Source: Octopus bimaculoides (taxonomy: Eukaryota). Taken from it: 64,000 bases of DNA. The stretch's first letter is position 1, and every line of letters begins with the position of its first letter. Below the pieces are notes generated by a model that worked only from the letters and a program-made list of their open reading frames with translations, made no database searches and had not been told where the DNA came from. The translations under genes were made by a program, and so were the position numbers. The stretch lies in the NCBI RefSeq assembly GCF_001194135.2, contig NC_068992.1, positions 66,161,666 through 66,225,665 of the forward strand. Reading direction: 5' to 3'. This document shows positions 12,701-22,500 of this stretch, in pieces.

Positions 12701-15700
12701 CCACAATATAAATTAACATATATTAGCCAGAATAATCTGCAATGTACTCAGTGCATGATAAGTGAACCACGATGTACTGAGTGATAAGCGAACCATGATA
12801 TAGCAAAAGATTACTTTGTGAATGTATATACATGTATGTAAAAAGTTTGTTATAGGCATGTATAAGATAAAATCTTATATAAAGCACCACTAACAATTAG
12901 AAAAATGGAGAAGAGAAGATGTTGAAGGTTTAATTAAGAATTTAATTTTCACACACGACCATTTTGAATGATAACACCAACATGTAAGAAAAAACATTAA
13001 TTATAATAATAATTAAATTAGTTATGTATGCATGTATATTATACACACACATATACATACATATACTAATATCCTTGATCAGGGATAATTCTTAACAGAC
13101 GGAATCTTTACTCAAAGACATTTGCTCCACATGCTCAGCTATTCCAGAGACAGCTGCAAGACTCTTTAGGGATTATTTCTTCATCTCTTATTTACTCTAA
13201 AAACTTAGCAATTATGTTTTAATTATAAATTAAATGCTTGAAAGTGATACCACATAGTTTGCTTGTCCGTTCCCCTCTTCCTAAAACACACACACACACA
13301 GAAGTGTGTGTGTGTCTTTATCTATGTATGTATGTATGATGCAAAAACAATGTATAGAATCACAATAAATAGAGAGAGTGCATTTCACATATACACACAC
13401 ACACAATCACACAGACTGCTATATTTTGCCTGGTGATTGTGACCATTCTTTCTCTTTTGGTGCCATTACTTACTGATGGTTCTCAGTTCTGGTTGTTCCA
13501 CTGATGGAGAGAGAGAGAGAGTTTTATTGGTAGGACCAATTGCTCCAGCGACATAACGCTGTATTCCTGCAATAAAACAAACACACAAGACACAAGAATG
13601 GCATGAATAATAAATGAACCATATTTCAATAAATATGAATTATTTCTGTGGAAACAAAAACACAAAATAAAGAATTATTAACATTCATTAAAAATTAACA
13701 AAGAAAACATTATTTTGGCTTGTTTTCAGTTATGGCAACTGTGAGAGTTGTGTGAGATTGCAAATGGTGCCATGATCAAGATTTTACAGCTAAGTCTACC
13801 TTGAAAGATGTAAGAAGAATAAGAGTAGGTTGGCTTCACTGGCCATGATCAACATGGGGCTGGCAGTGGGGGTTGGCAGCAACAGTTTCATGAAGGTGGT
13901 GGTGGTGATGGTGGTGTTGAAAGCAGCAGTGTTGGTAGTGGTGGTGGTGGTGGTGGGATGAAGGTGGAAGTTGTAATGATGATGGTGGTGATGGTGGGTG
14001 ACTCCACCATCCTAAAATCTCATTAAACATACATTAATTACTACCATAATTAACAAACAGAAACAGCACAAATCTAATAGAATTACCTGTTTCTCGAAAC
14101 ACGTTATCTGCCGCAGCCCTTGCTAGTTTTGCCGATTCAGAATTCATTTTATAAACCTACAAAATATTAAAATTAAACATCTTTCATTTCCCAGAATTAG
14201 TAATAAGCCACAAAATGTAATAAGCCATGGTTTGCAATAACCTTTGGAATGTAATAACTGCTGGGATGTAATGACCTCTGGTAGTGGCGGTGACATCATC
14301 ATCATCCATTCACATCCAGCTTCCATATTGGCATAGGTTACGTAATTGAACAGGCTCTGATGAGTCAGAAGATGCATCATGCTTTAATGTCTACTTTGAC
14401 ATTATTTCTACAGCTTAATTAGCTTACTTTATCCAAAACAAGTTTTAACATAAAGCATGTATCTTTAAAGGTTTCATCAAGTTTCTTCTTTGAGATAAAT
14501 CTGTAAGAATTCTGCACAAATCCACAGACCTAGAGACTAAACCTGATATTACCACATTAATAAGGACACGTGATGTAGCCAGTGCATTATCCCCATCCAT
14601 AGGGAAACCAACACATTTTAGAAGTAGAATTAAATATCCTGAGCCCAGATATTGTAAGGATATGAACCGTTTCCAGGGTTAAAAGATGGGGACAGAACTC
14701 CCAGGTTGTCTGAATTAATTTGTATCTCTCTTCCTTGTTTTCTGCAAGAAATAAAGTCTTAAAGCTTCTCTTTCCTCCTCACAGTTCAGCTGCTGAACTG
14801 AGGCAATCATCCATAAATCTCGTGACCCCACAAAAGACCAGAAATTACCCAAGCAGTCAGTTCTCCCTCTCCACGCCACCAAAGTTGTCCAAGAGAAAGT
14901 TAATAGTTACCATTTCAGTAAAAGACAAAGACAAGTCAATGGAATTAAGTTAATGGTAACAGAGAACCATAGATAATACTTACAAGATGTTCCAGGCCGT
15001 AGTCAGCCTGGGCAATTTTGGTTCCATTGAATGTGTTGGTTTCAGTAATATCTGCCCCAGCATCCAGGTAAGACTTTTATTTTGGGTGAAAATATGAAAA
15101 AATAATATAATTATAAACATGTATGTTAGTGTGTGTGTAAGTTATGTAAATGCAATAATGGAAAGAGGAATTTTATTAACATTTTGGATGTTAGTCCTTC
15201 ATCAAAAAAAAGAGAGAATTGTAAGCTCATAAGGGGAATGAGTGAAAGAGAGAGGGATATCGTTCCGTATGCAAGACAAACAGAAGAACTGGGAGAAAGA
15301 TAGAGAGAGAAGGAGGAAAAAAGGAAGCAGTTTGTTTTGTTACTTTATGTATAGCACTGAGAGACAGACAGACAGAGCTATATTCTTTTACCTTACGTAT
15401 GCCAGAGATGGAGCAGGGACAGACAAAGAGACAAACAGTGAGGGAGAGAGAAAGATGGAGGTATATATATATATTTTTTTACCTAATGTATGTCAGAAAG
15501 AGAGAAAGACAAACAGACAGACAAAGAGGGGGGAGGAGTTAGAATAAGCGAGAGAAAGAAATGGAGAGGTAATACGTTGTTACCTTGTGTATGTTATAGA
15601 TAAGATCTGGTTGAGTTAGAGTGAGGACATCGTTATTGCCCTGAAGAGGTTTTATGGGATCAGGAAACAGAGTTCCACGGAAATCCTCTTCAACCAATGA

Positions 15701-18700
15701 ATGTTTTTGGATCATTGTTCCCATGGCACCATCAAGTATCATTATTCTTTGCAGAAGTGTTTCTTGAATTTCCTGAGAAGCATCTAGAATAGAAAAGAAA
15801 TGAAAGTGGGTGAGGTGAGGTATGGGGAGTAAGGGCTGCTGCTGCTGCTGCTTAATTCCATCCTACTCCTGATTCCATTGACCTAAGGTCAAAGACATTT
15901 CAACTGTGGCTATTTTGTTTTTTGTTTTGTCTGTCTGTTGTAACAACTTGAGATTTGTCCCCTAAAATCACACCAAGATCTATAACCTGTAACATATACT
16001 CCCATAATCAGCTTCCTTAATCCCATAATCAACTTCCTTAAAAGCCAATTATAGCATTTCGACATTTGGCATGTTGAGGAACCCTCCCCTTCCAGGAATG
16101 TAATCAGTCTCTCACAGATAACTTGTTCCATGACCTTGCTGATATGTAAAATTAGAAAGACAGGTGAGATAGGTCTGTAATTTTTGACATCTGCTATATT
16201 TCTTCCTTTATGAATAGAACATATTTCTTCTGTGAAGCTTATCCAAACACCTGAAAGACCCTTCACTCAGACAAATACAGGAATATGTCCACATAAATTA
16301 AACAACCCCGTATTAAATAAGGAATACACATAGAAAGTAGTGATACCCATAATATATACATATGTAGGTACATTAGGCTGTCGTTTATGTGTGTGTAGGT
16401 AAATGGACATGCAAGTTAACAGATACATAGGTAAGTAGATAGATAGGTACATAGGTAATATGGACAGACAAGCGTGCACACGCACACACAGAGAAAAGGA
16501 GACGGAAACACATGACCATATACACACACATTCCACACACGCGGATACACACAAAGACATATACATCCATACATAACAGACACATGTACATAGTCACACA
16601 GACCCATACACATAGACACACTCAAACATGCACACACTCAAACATGCACACACAAGGAGACAGAGGTACACACACATGCGCATACATACAAACACACAAA
16701 TCCAGAAATACAACAACACGAGGAATAACGGTAACAACAGATCAATAGTTTATTCTAGGTTGGTGTAGAGCCGTTTCGTTCCTGAGTGAATAGGCATGCC
16801 GCTAGAATACCAAAGAAGCTTCGACCACATGTCGGGGTCGAGTTAAGAAATACGTGTTGTCACCACTGCTGCTAGAGAGAAAAGAGATACGTGTTGTCAC
16901 GACGCCTGCTTGAGAGAAAACGAGATCGGACCCTACAGCTTTCTCTCCACCTGTTGCATTGCGCATGCGTGCTCGGGTACTTCTGCTGACGGCAAGTCCC
17001 TTGCACATGCGCAATGGTACTTTCCAAGATGGCGGCCACACGCGCCACTAAATCCCCACCAATCAACCCAGTTAGCTGTTCCTGGTTCCTGGCATTCTCA
17101 GTTGTCCTAGAAAAAGAATTCATTCTTTGAATCTTATGTAAAGTAAAGGATTGGACAAAGTTACCAGAACCATCAGAGGCGTGCAGTTGAAGTACGAAAA
17201 TCCCCTGGGTCCTTCTCTCATTCAACTCCACCACCTTCGGAAGTAAGTTTCTCACTGCCAAACCAACGCCAGATTCTCTAGTCTTGCCTAAGCTTTTTCC
17301 TTAGCAAAAAAATGTATTCTCTCTCTATCTCCCTTCTCACCCTCTCTCTTTCTCTCTCTCCATCACATAGAGTTCCTAATTCTACAAGAGATGTGCCTCT
17401 TATAATGTCACAATGGCCACAAGAAATTTTAGCAGTTCCCCATTAATCAAAGCTGTCTTTTCCTGTGTCACTGATCTTCAAGAGGTTATTTGACAGTCCA
17501 GTGCTGGTGGCCTGTACTTTCTAATATCCTAACCTGAGAGATGGCTTCTTCTTTTGTCTTCTTGTTGTGCTTGGTGAAGTGTATACCATCTGCAATTCAG
17601 GTTACTTGTATCCCCAAGCTCCACAAACCCAGAAAGGCAGACAAGCTGCAGTGAGACAACACACAGTTGGCTGGGATCTGCCCAGCTTGAGACTGGCAGT
17701 AACTGTCCAGTGAAATACAAAGGCTTCACTTCCATTAAAAACTGCTTCTGGTCCTTAGAGGCAGGGCCAATTTGAGGGCAAGTTTATAACCAATGATCTG
17801 CAGTTTCCCATATTGTGTATTCGTGGTGAGGCAACGCTGGAGCGTTCTCACCAGGACACAGACCCATGCAGCAGGCCTCCTCTCTCCACACCACAAAAAT
17901 CATCCAGGGAAAGGGTAAGGGTGCCAGTCACATCTTGGCACCAGTGTTGTCCCAGAAGTTGCCAGGACAAAGGTGAAAACAATGTTGGCAGATCTTTCCT
18001 TGGGTTTTACTCCTGAACCCTTTTCCGTAAGTGGAGCAGATATTTAAAGTCAGAGTTTGCCCTTTCTTCGATAAACTACTTTCCCAGGCTGACGAGTTTT
18101 AAGGCACCAAAACCTCACTTCACCCTTTTTCTAGTCAATACCCCAGTTCCCCAGGATTTGGACTTTGTTGTGATGGTCTTTTTGAGGTACTTGCCATGAG
18201 GAGCACTTCTTAGTAATATAAATCACCAACATCTCCTCAACCACTCCGGCTTCACTAAGATACATAAACAAGGCAAAACAAGTGTTATATTTAGTTGAAA
18301 CAAAAAACGCTAATTTATCGGCTAAATTTTAGTCGAAAATTTCCGACTAAGTTTTTTTTTTAAATAATAATAATACGCGGTTTTAGATTTAAAAATACTT
18401 AATTGCCGACACCATGGAAGCCCGAGGGATGACCTCTCGTCGAATGCATATATAATCAAAGGTGTTCCGAGTGGGACCATCCAATTTGTTCTAGGCATAG
18501 TAGACACCGAAGTATAGTACACAATAGTACTTTTTTTCGTAGAATGGTTGTGTGGTTTGAGAGAAATTTGGCTGCTATTTCTAGTATGTCGCACGACCAT
18601 GTACAGGGTCCTGCCTTGTCTCGTTCACCTGTAATTCTGCTTCCAGGGAAAACGCGATAATAAAATGATTATAGAATTCCATCGACCAAACTTTCAATCG

Positions 18701-19142
18701 TCTTCGATGATTTTATCTGGTGAATAATCAGTTTTTCTCAATATACGCTGGCAGATTCGTTAGCACGCCGGGCGGTATTTCGTTTGCCCCCTACGTTCTG
18801 AGTTCAAATTCCGCCGAGGTCGACTTTGCCTTTCGTCTTTTCGAAGTCGATTAAATAAGAACCAGTTACGCATTGGGGTCGATCTAATTGATTTCATCCC
18901 TTTGTCTCTCCTTGTTTGTCCCCTCTGTGTTTAACCCCCGCCCTGTGGGCAATAAAGAAATAAAGAAATATACAGAGGAGGCAAAAAAAAAACAAAGTGG
19001 AGCAGGAATTCAAGAAATTATTCAGAAACCGGTGTGTGCGTGCGTGTTTGTGTGTGTGTGTGTGGAGAAAGAGAGAGAGAATTTGGACACGGGGTGTAAG
19101 TGGAACCTTACCTGGCCATTTGCGTCGTTCTTTGAAGTCCAT
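943..19142 (-). CDS. MTR: Cobalamin-dependent methionine synthase, 5' part (exons 1-21; Hcy-binding, folate-binding and cap domains); 3' exons lie beyond the left edge
   Basis: Hand-spliced exons with AG/GT boundaries and matching phases give one open frame of 754 codons from exon 1a. Motifs: [21 protein letters not shown] and GGCCG (Zn-binding Cys), [56 protein letters not shown], all recognisable as MetH/MTR. Exon numbers follow my own count. Confidence 0.97.
1776..1874 (-). CDS. MTR: MTR exon 20
   Basis: [33 protein letters not shown]; 99 nt. Confidence 0.94.
2561..2650 (-). CDS. MTR: MTR exon 19
   Basis: [30 protein letters not shown]; 90 nt. Confidence 0.94.
2799..2939 (-). CDS. MTR: MTR exon 18
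   Basis: [33 protein letters not shown]...MYAE; 141 nt. Confidence 0.95.
3762..3925 (+). mobile_element. tRNA-derived SINE, CCTTGGGCAAGTG (CORE/V-like) family
   Basis: A/B-box head and central CCTTGGGCAAGTGTCTT. Copies at 19787-19871, 24441-24570, 36950-37110, 43085-43235, 47738-47850, 53250-53420, 55745-55885. Confidence 0.8.
4446..4562 (-). CDS. MTR: MTR exon 17
   Basis: [39 protein letters not shown]; 117 nt. Confidence 0.95.
4618..4866 (+). mobile_element. Second, shorter copy of the same RLE-type LINE fragment
   Basis: Aligns by eye with 10311-10573 in inverted orientation ([27 protein letters not shown]...). Confidence 0.85.
4970..5149 (-). CDS. MTR: MTR exon 16
   Basis: [15 protein letters not shown]...[20 protein letters not shown]...SIVK; 180 nt. 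Confidence 0.95.
5520..5705 (-). CDS. MTR: MTR exon 15
   Basis: [34 protein letters not shown]...FDEEGQ; 186 nt. Confidence 0.96.
5740..5985. repeat. Imperfect 18-bp minisatellite (GGGAATAACTAAAATGAT-like)
   Basis: About 13 degenerate units in MTR intron 14. Confidence 0.85.
6223..6363 (-). CDS. MTR: MTR exon 14
   Basis: [47 protein letters not shown]; 141 nt. Confidence 0.95.
6505..6617 (-). CDS. MTR: MTR exon 13
   Basis: [38 protein letters not shown]; 113 nt. Confidence 0.95.
7209..7288 (-). CDS. MTR: MTR exon 12
   Basis: [27 protein letters not shown]; 80 nt. Confidence 0.9.
7533..7600 (-). CDS. MTR: MTR exon 11
   Basis: [22 protein letters not shown]; 68 nt. Confidence 0.95.
8049..8110 (-). 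CDS. MTR: MTR exon 10
   Basis: [21 protein letters not shown]; 62 nt. Confidence 0.95.
8521..8566 (-). ncRNA. Degenerate type I hammerhead-like motif
   Basis: AAAACTGT-CCAATGA-ACG(GGAA)CGT-GAAACTC-T-GAGT-A-ACAGTTTT; all three helices pair but the core differs from CUGAUGA at two positions. Confidence 0.45.
8526..8623. repeat. 47-bp near-perfect palindrome at the end of a Penelope-like repeat
   Basis: 8526-8572 versus 8577-8623, 2 mismatches, 4-nt loop. Confidence 0.9.
8691..8791 (-). CDS. MTR: MTR exon 9
   Basis: [34 protein letters not shown]; 101 nt. Confidence 0.95.
9313..9407 (-). CDS. MTR: MTR exon 8
   Basis: [31 protein letters not shown]; 95 nt. Confidence 0.95.
10179..10238 (-). 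CDS. MTR: MTR exon 7
   Basis: [20 protein letters not shown]; 60 nt, donor TTT|GTAAGT. Confidence 0.92.
10311..10860 (-). mobile_element. 3' fragment of a non-LTR retrotransposon with restriction-like endonuclease (R4/Dong/NeSL-type)
   Basis: Decayed RRHDNMA...[11 protein letters not shown]...KPDIVLIEK...IIDITCP...[11 protein letters not shown]...PIIVGALG: RHD and KPD motifs typical of RLE domains. Confidence 0.85.
11668..11774 (-). CDS. MTR: MTR exon 6
   Basis: [36 protein letters not shown]; 107 nt. Confidence 0.95.
12584..12816. mobile_element. pogo/Tigger-like MITE, decayed
   Basis: Left CAGTAATCCCTCGACTATCG, right ...GATATAGCAAAAGATTACT (degenerate inverted end). Confidence 0.55.
13474..13566 (-). 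CDS. MTR: MTR exon 5
   Basis: [31 protein letters not shown]; 93 nt. Confidence 0.95.
14087..14156 (-). CDS. MTR: MTR exon 4
   Basis: [23 protein letters not shown]; 70 nt. Confidence 0.92.
14984..15073 (-). CDS. MTR: MTR exon 3
   Basis: [30 protein letters not shown]; 90 nt, AG/GTAAGT. Confidence 0.95.
15584..15783 (-). CDS. MTR: MTR exon 2
   Basis: [25 protein letters not shown]...DLIYNIHK; 200 nt, AG/GT. Confidence 0.95.
15910..16266 (-). mobile_element. CR1/L2-type LINE reverse transcriptase fragment
   Basis: [32 protein letters not shown] (YRPIS motif). Confidence 0.75.
18191..18197 (-). CDS. MTR: MTR candidate alternative start (ATG GCA A) at the end of a 64-nt exon 1b (18191-18254)
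   Basis: Pyrimidine-rich acceptor ttgccttgtttatgtatcttag at 18255, donor AA|GTACCT at 18190, phase 1 in frame with exon 2 (MANASQE...). Confidence 0.45.
18747..18969 (+). mobile_element. tRNA-derived SINE, family with GGTCGACTTTGCCTTTCATCCTTTCGGGGTCGATAAA core (MetaSINE-like)
   Basis: tRNA-like head with B-box (GAGTTCAAATTCC), shared core and AATAAAGAAATA tail. Copies at 22196-22424(+), 12340-12562(-), 20590-20790(-), 38635-38840(-), 56368-56525(-), 61000-61200(-), 1135-1345(-). Confidence 0.8.
19112..19142 (-). CDS. MTR: MTR candidate first coding exon 1a ([10 protein letters not shown] + phase 1)
   Basis: ATG in good context (acaATGG), strong donor CAG|GTAAGG at 19111, phase 1 matches exon 2; sits next to a CpG-rich region. 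Confidence 0.7.
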
Positions 19143-19560
19143 TGTAAAGGAACCGAAGTGGATTTATGAAGGAAACAGAGACGAGGAGAGAGAAAGGCAG
19201 AAGCGTGGATGGACTTGGGGTGAATCGACAGGAAGTGGAACGAATACAATCGGGCAGAGAGGGGATAATGAAATCGTAAATTAAGTTTATATATCAAGAG
19301 AGAAGTGATTAGATGTGATGTTTCAGGTTGGGCCCGTCATATGTGAACTATAAATGATAAGTTGGAAGACTGTGGATCAACTGATTTATTGACAGGATAA
19401 ACAAAAGACAAACGAAAATAAAAGATAGAAAGAGTGTGAAAGTTCCCACCTCCCTTTCTCTCACTTTCATGGTAACAAAAGTGTGACGGAGTCGACGACA
19501 GACTTTTTGTGATAAGGTAGAGACGGGCAGACGGTGGTGGTGGTGGTGGTGTTTGCAAAA
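19143..19560 (-). promoter_or_regulatory. Putative MTR promoter / 5' UTR
   Basis: Locally CpG-enriched relative to flanks, ETS-type CAGGAAGTG at 19229-19237, directly upstream of the exon 1a ATG; TSS not determinable from sequence. Confidence 0.5.
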
Positions 19561-22500
19561 ATAAACCACGTTGCTACTATTAAACGCAATTAAGGTCAAC
19601 ATCATCACTTATCTTCCCCCCAGGGATGAGGGTCATTTCGGTCCCCTGACTCGGTGAATTTGTGTTTAGAAGTTAAATAACGATATCTTTTATATAAAAA
19701 CTACGCCTTCAATTCGAAGACAACAGGAGATTGTGTGACGTTCATACCTTTCTCAACTCTACGCATATACACACTCATAAATATACAGGCTGTGTGGTTA
19801 GTAGCTTGCTTACCAACCACGTGGTTCCAGGTTCAGTCCCACTGCTTGACACCTTGGACAAGTGTCTTCACTATCTTAGTGAAGCCGGAGTGGTAGGGGA
19901 GGTGTTGGCGGTTTATATTACTAAGAAGTGCTCCTCATGTACCTATAAGCCTTGTACCTATAGCAGAAAGGATTATTATTGTTGTTGTTGTTGTTAAGGT
20001 GGTGACCAGGCAAAATCATTACAGCATCTTCAGAAAATGATTTTGTGGTATTTCTTTTGTTTCTTTACATTCTGAGTTCAAATCCCACCAAAGTCAAGTT
20101 TGCCCTTCTCCCAAGTTTCAGGCTTTTCTACTTATTTTAGAGACAATAATTAAGGATCATAATTAAGGACAATAATTAAGAGAAATGTTGGAGCATGAAG
20201 CAAAACACTTTGTGGTATTTAGTTGCTGCCCTTTACAAAGCCAGCAATTTTGAGGGGAGGGGTTTAGCCAATACCACTGACCCTTAATAGTTAATTGGTA
20301 ATTTATTTTATTGACCCTGAAAGGATGAAAAGCAAAGTTGACCTCAGCAAGATTTGAACTCAGAATATGAGGTGCAGGGGAATGATTTCTAACTTAATTA
20401 CAATTGGTGAAATAATCAATAATGTTAATGAACCCAGAAAGATGAAAGGCAATTTTGATAGAATGGGAACACAGAAAATCACTAAATACTCCAAGACATT
20501 TTCTACATTATTCTACAAATTCTGCCAGTCCACCATCTTGTCTCAGGTTTATTGTTTCCATCTGACATAATAATAATCCTTTCCACTATAAACACAAGGC
20601 CTGAAATTTTAGGGAAGGGAGTAAGTCGATTACATTGAACTCCAGTGCCCGACTGGTACTTAATTTATTGACCCCCGAAAGAATAGAAGGCAAAGTTGAC
20701 CCCGGTGATATTTGAACTAAGATTTTAAAGACAAATGAAATGCCACAAAGCATCTTACTCGGCGTGTTAGTGATTCTGCCAGCTCACCTCTTTATCTTAC
20801 ATAATAATAATAATAATGAATATTAATAATGATAATGATGATGATTATTATAAACCAGCCTATTATTTAACGACCTCAATTATCAGGCAGTAATTGAGGT
20901 CAGTCTGAACATTAATAGTTACTGGCGTCATCTTCTGACACAGCAGGGTAAAACTGGGATTAAAGATAGAGCTGGGAATAGAAACAGCTGAAACAAGGAG
21001 AACTTATTGGGACATGACTGTTATTGTCATTCATTGAGACACTGAGTCGTCTGTTTAAGTAGAACAGACTCGCACAAACACACAGCCATGCATGAACAGA
21101 TATTAGCATTCACACACACCCACACATAATGATCCATTTTTTTCATGTCTGCATGAATCAGATGGATTTTGTTGAGGCAAACGTTCTATAACTGGATGCC
21201 CTTCCTGTTGCCAAATATCAGCTCTTTTCAATCTCATCTCATCTAAGTCATCCCATAGGACGCCCCATTTTATAAGGGTTTCGGTTGTGCATACTATAGG
21301 TGTCACAAGGTATTGCTCCATTTGGTCCCACAGTTTCCATCTAACTAGGAATATTAGGGTCTCATCCATTGTCTTGTATCCAAGATCCTCTGCATGACAT
21401 CCTGCTAGTTCAAAGCCAGGAATCTGATCTGTTAAGGTCCTGCCGATAAGGCCTTGCTGCCGACGCTTCTTTTCAAATGATGTAATATTTCTCCATGGCC
21501 GGACATGTTTTTATGGAAGACTGGAAATGAAGAACATTGCTTGTATTATGGCAATGTGGTCAACTGGCTTGCTAGAAATAGTAGTTAATCTTTCTGAACA
21601 GCCTACCAACTTAAGAAGGGTGTATTAGTTAATGTAGTTTTACTTTAAAGACATGATAGTTACATCTGGAATACCTTTGATCATTGATCGATTTGTTTAA
21701 CCTGGGGCTAAGTAATAACAACAACTAAATTCTTGGTGATAGCTTTATCAGTTCATTCATTCTCGGGGTTAAAATGACTGGTTAATCATGTCATATTTGA
21801 CACAAGTCGTTCTCAATAAAGGTTAACTATTTACTACAAAAGACTAAATTTAGCTGAGAGATAACGAGGTCACTCTTTCTCCAGTCTCAAAAACATATCA
21901 CACACACACACACACACAGCTCTCAGTGCTTGTGTTATTCTGACAGCTGTTCAAATTATTTTATGGAAGTGTCATTCCATTCCATGTCAGAGTTCTGAAC
22001 GTTTTGTGCCTGAGAACCTTTGTTAAACCATTTGAGGATTCTCTGTCAGATAAGAGAGTCATCAACATCAGTGTGCTGTTTCCTGCCAAAGGTAGGCCTG
22101 GACCTGAGGCAACTGAAGAAAGCCATCCAGGAAATAGGCATGGCAGCTAAAACCACCTCAAGATGGCTATGGTTGATAAGAGACTGCAAATGAAGGCTGC
22201 GAGCTGGCAGAAACGTTAGCACACCGGGCGAAATACTTAGCGGTATTTCGTCTGCCCCTACGTTCTGAGTTCAAATTCTGCTGAGGTCAACTTTGCCTTT
22301 CATCCTTTCGGGGTCGATAAATTAAGTACCAGTTACGCACTGGGGTCGGTGTAATCAACTTAATCCCTTGGTCTGTCCTTGTTTGCCCCCTCTATGTCTA
22401 ACCCCTTGTAGGCAATAAAGAAATAAGAGACTGCAAATGGGATTAGAATGATTTTATCGACCCCTGAAAAAGATGAAAGGCAGTGTTAACTAAGAATATT

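Noticed and set aside
13092-13153. Cryptic acceptor in MTR intron 5 giving 20 in-frame codons then TAA
   Set aside because: Chance-level signal; the true exon 6 is clear at 11668-11774
19107-19115. CTTACCTGG resembling the U1 snRNA 5' end
   Set aside because: It is the reverse complement of the exon 1a donor; no U1 body follows
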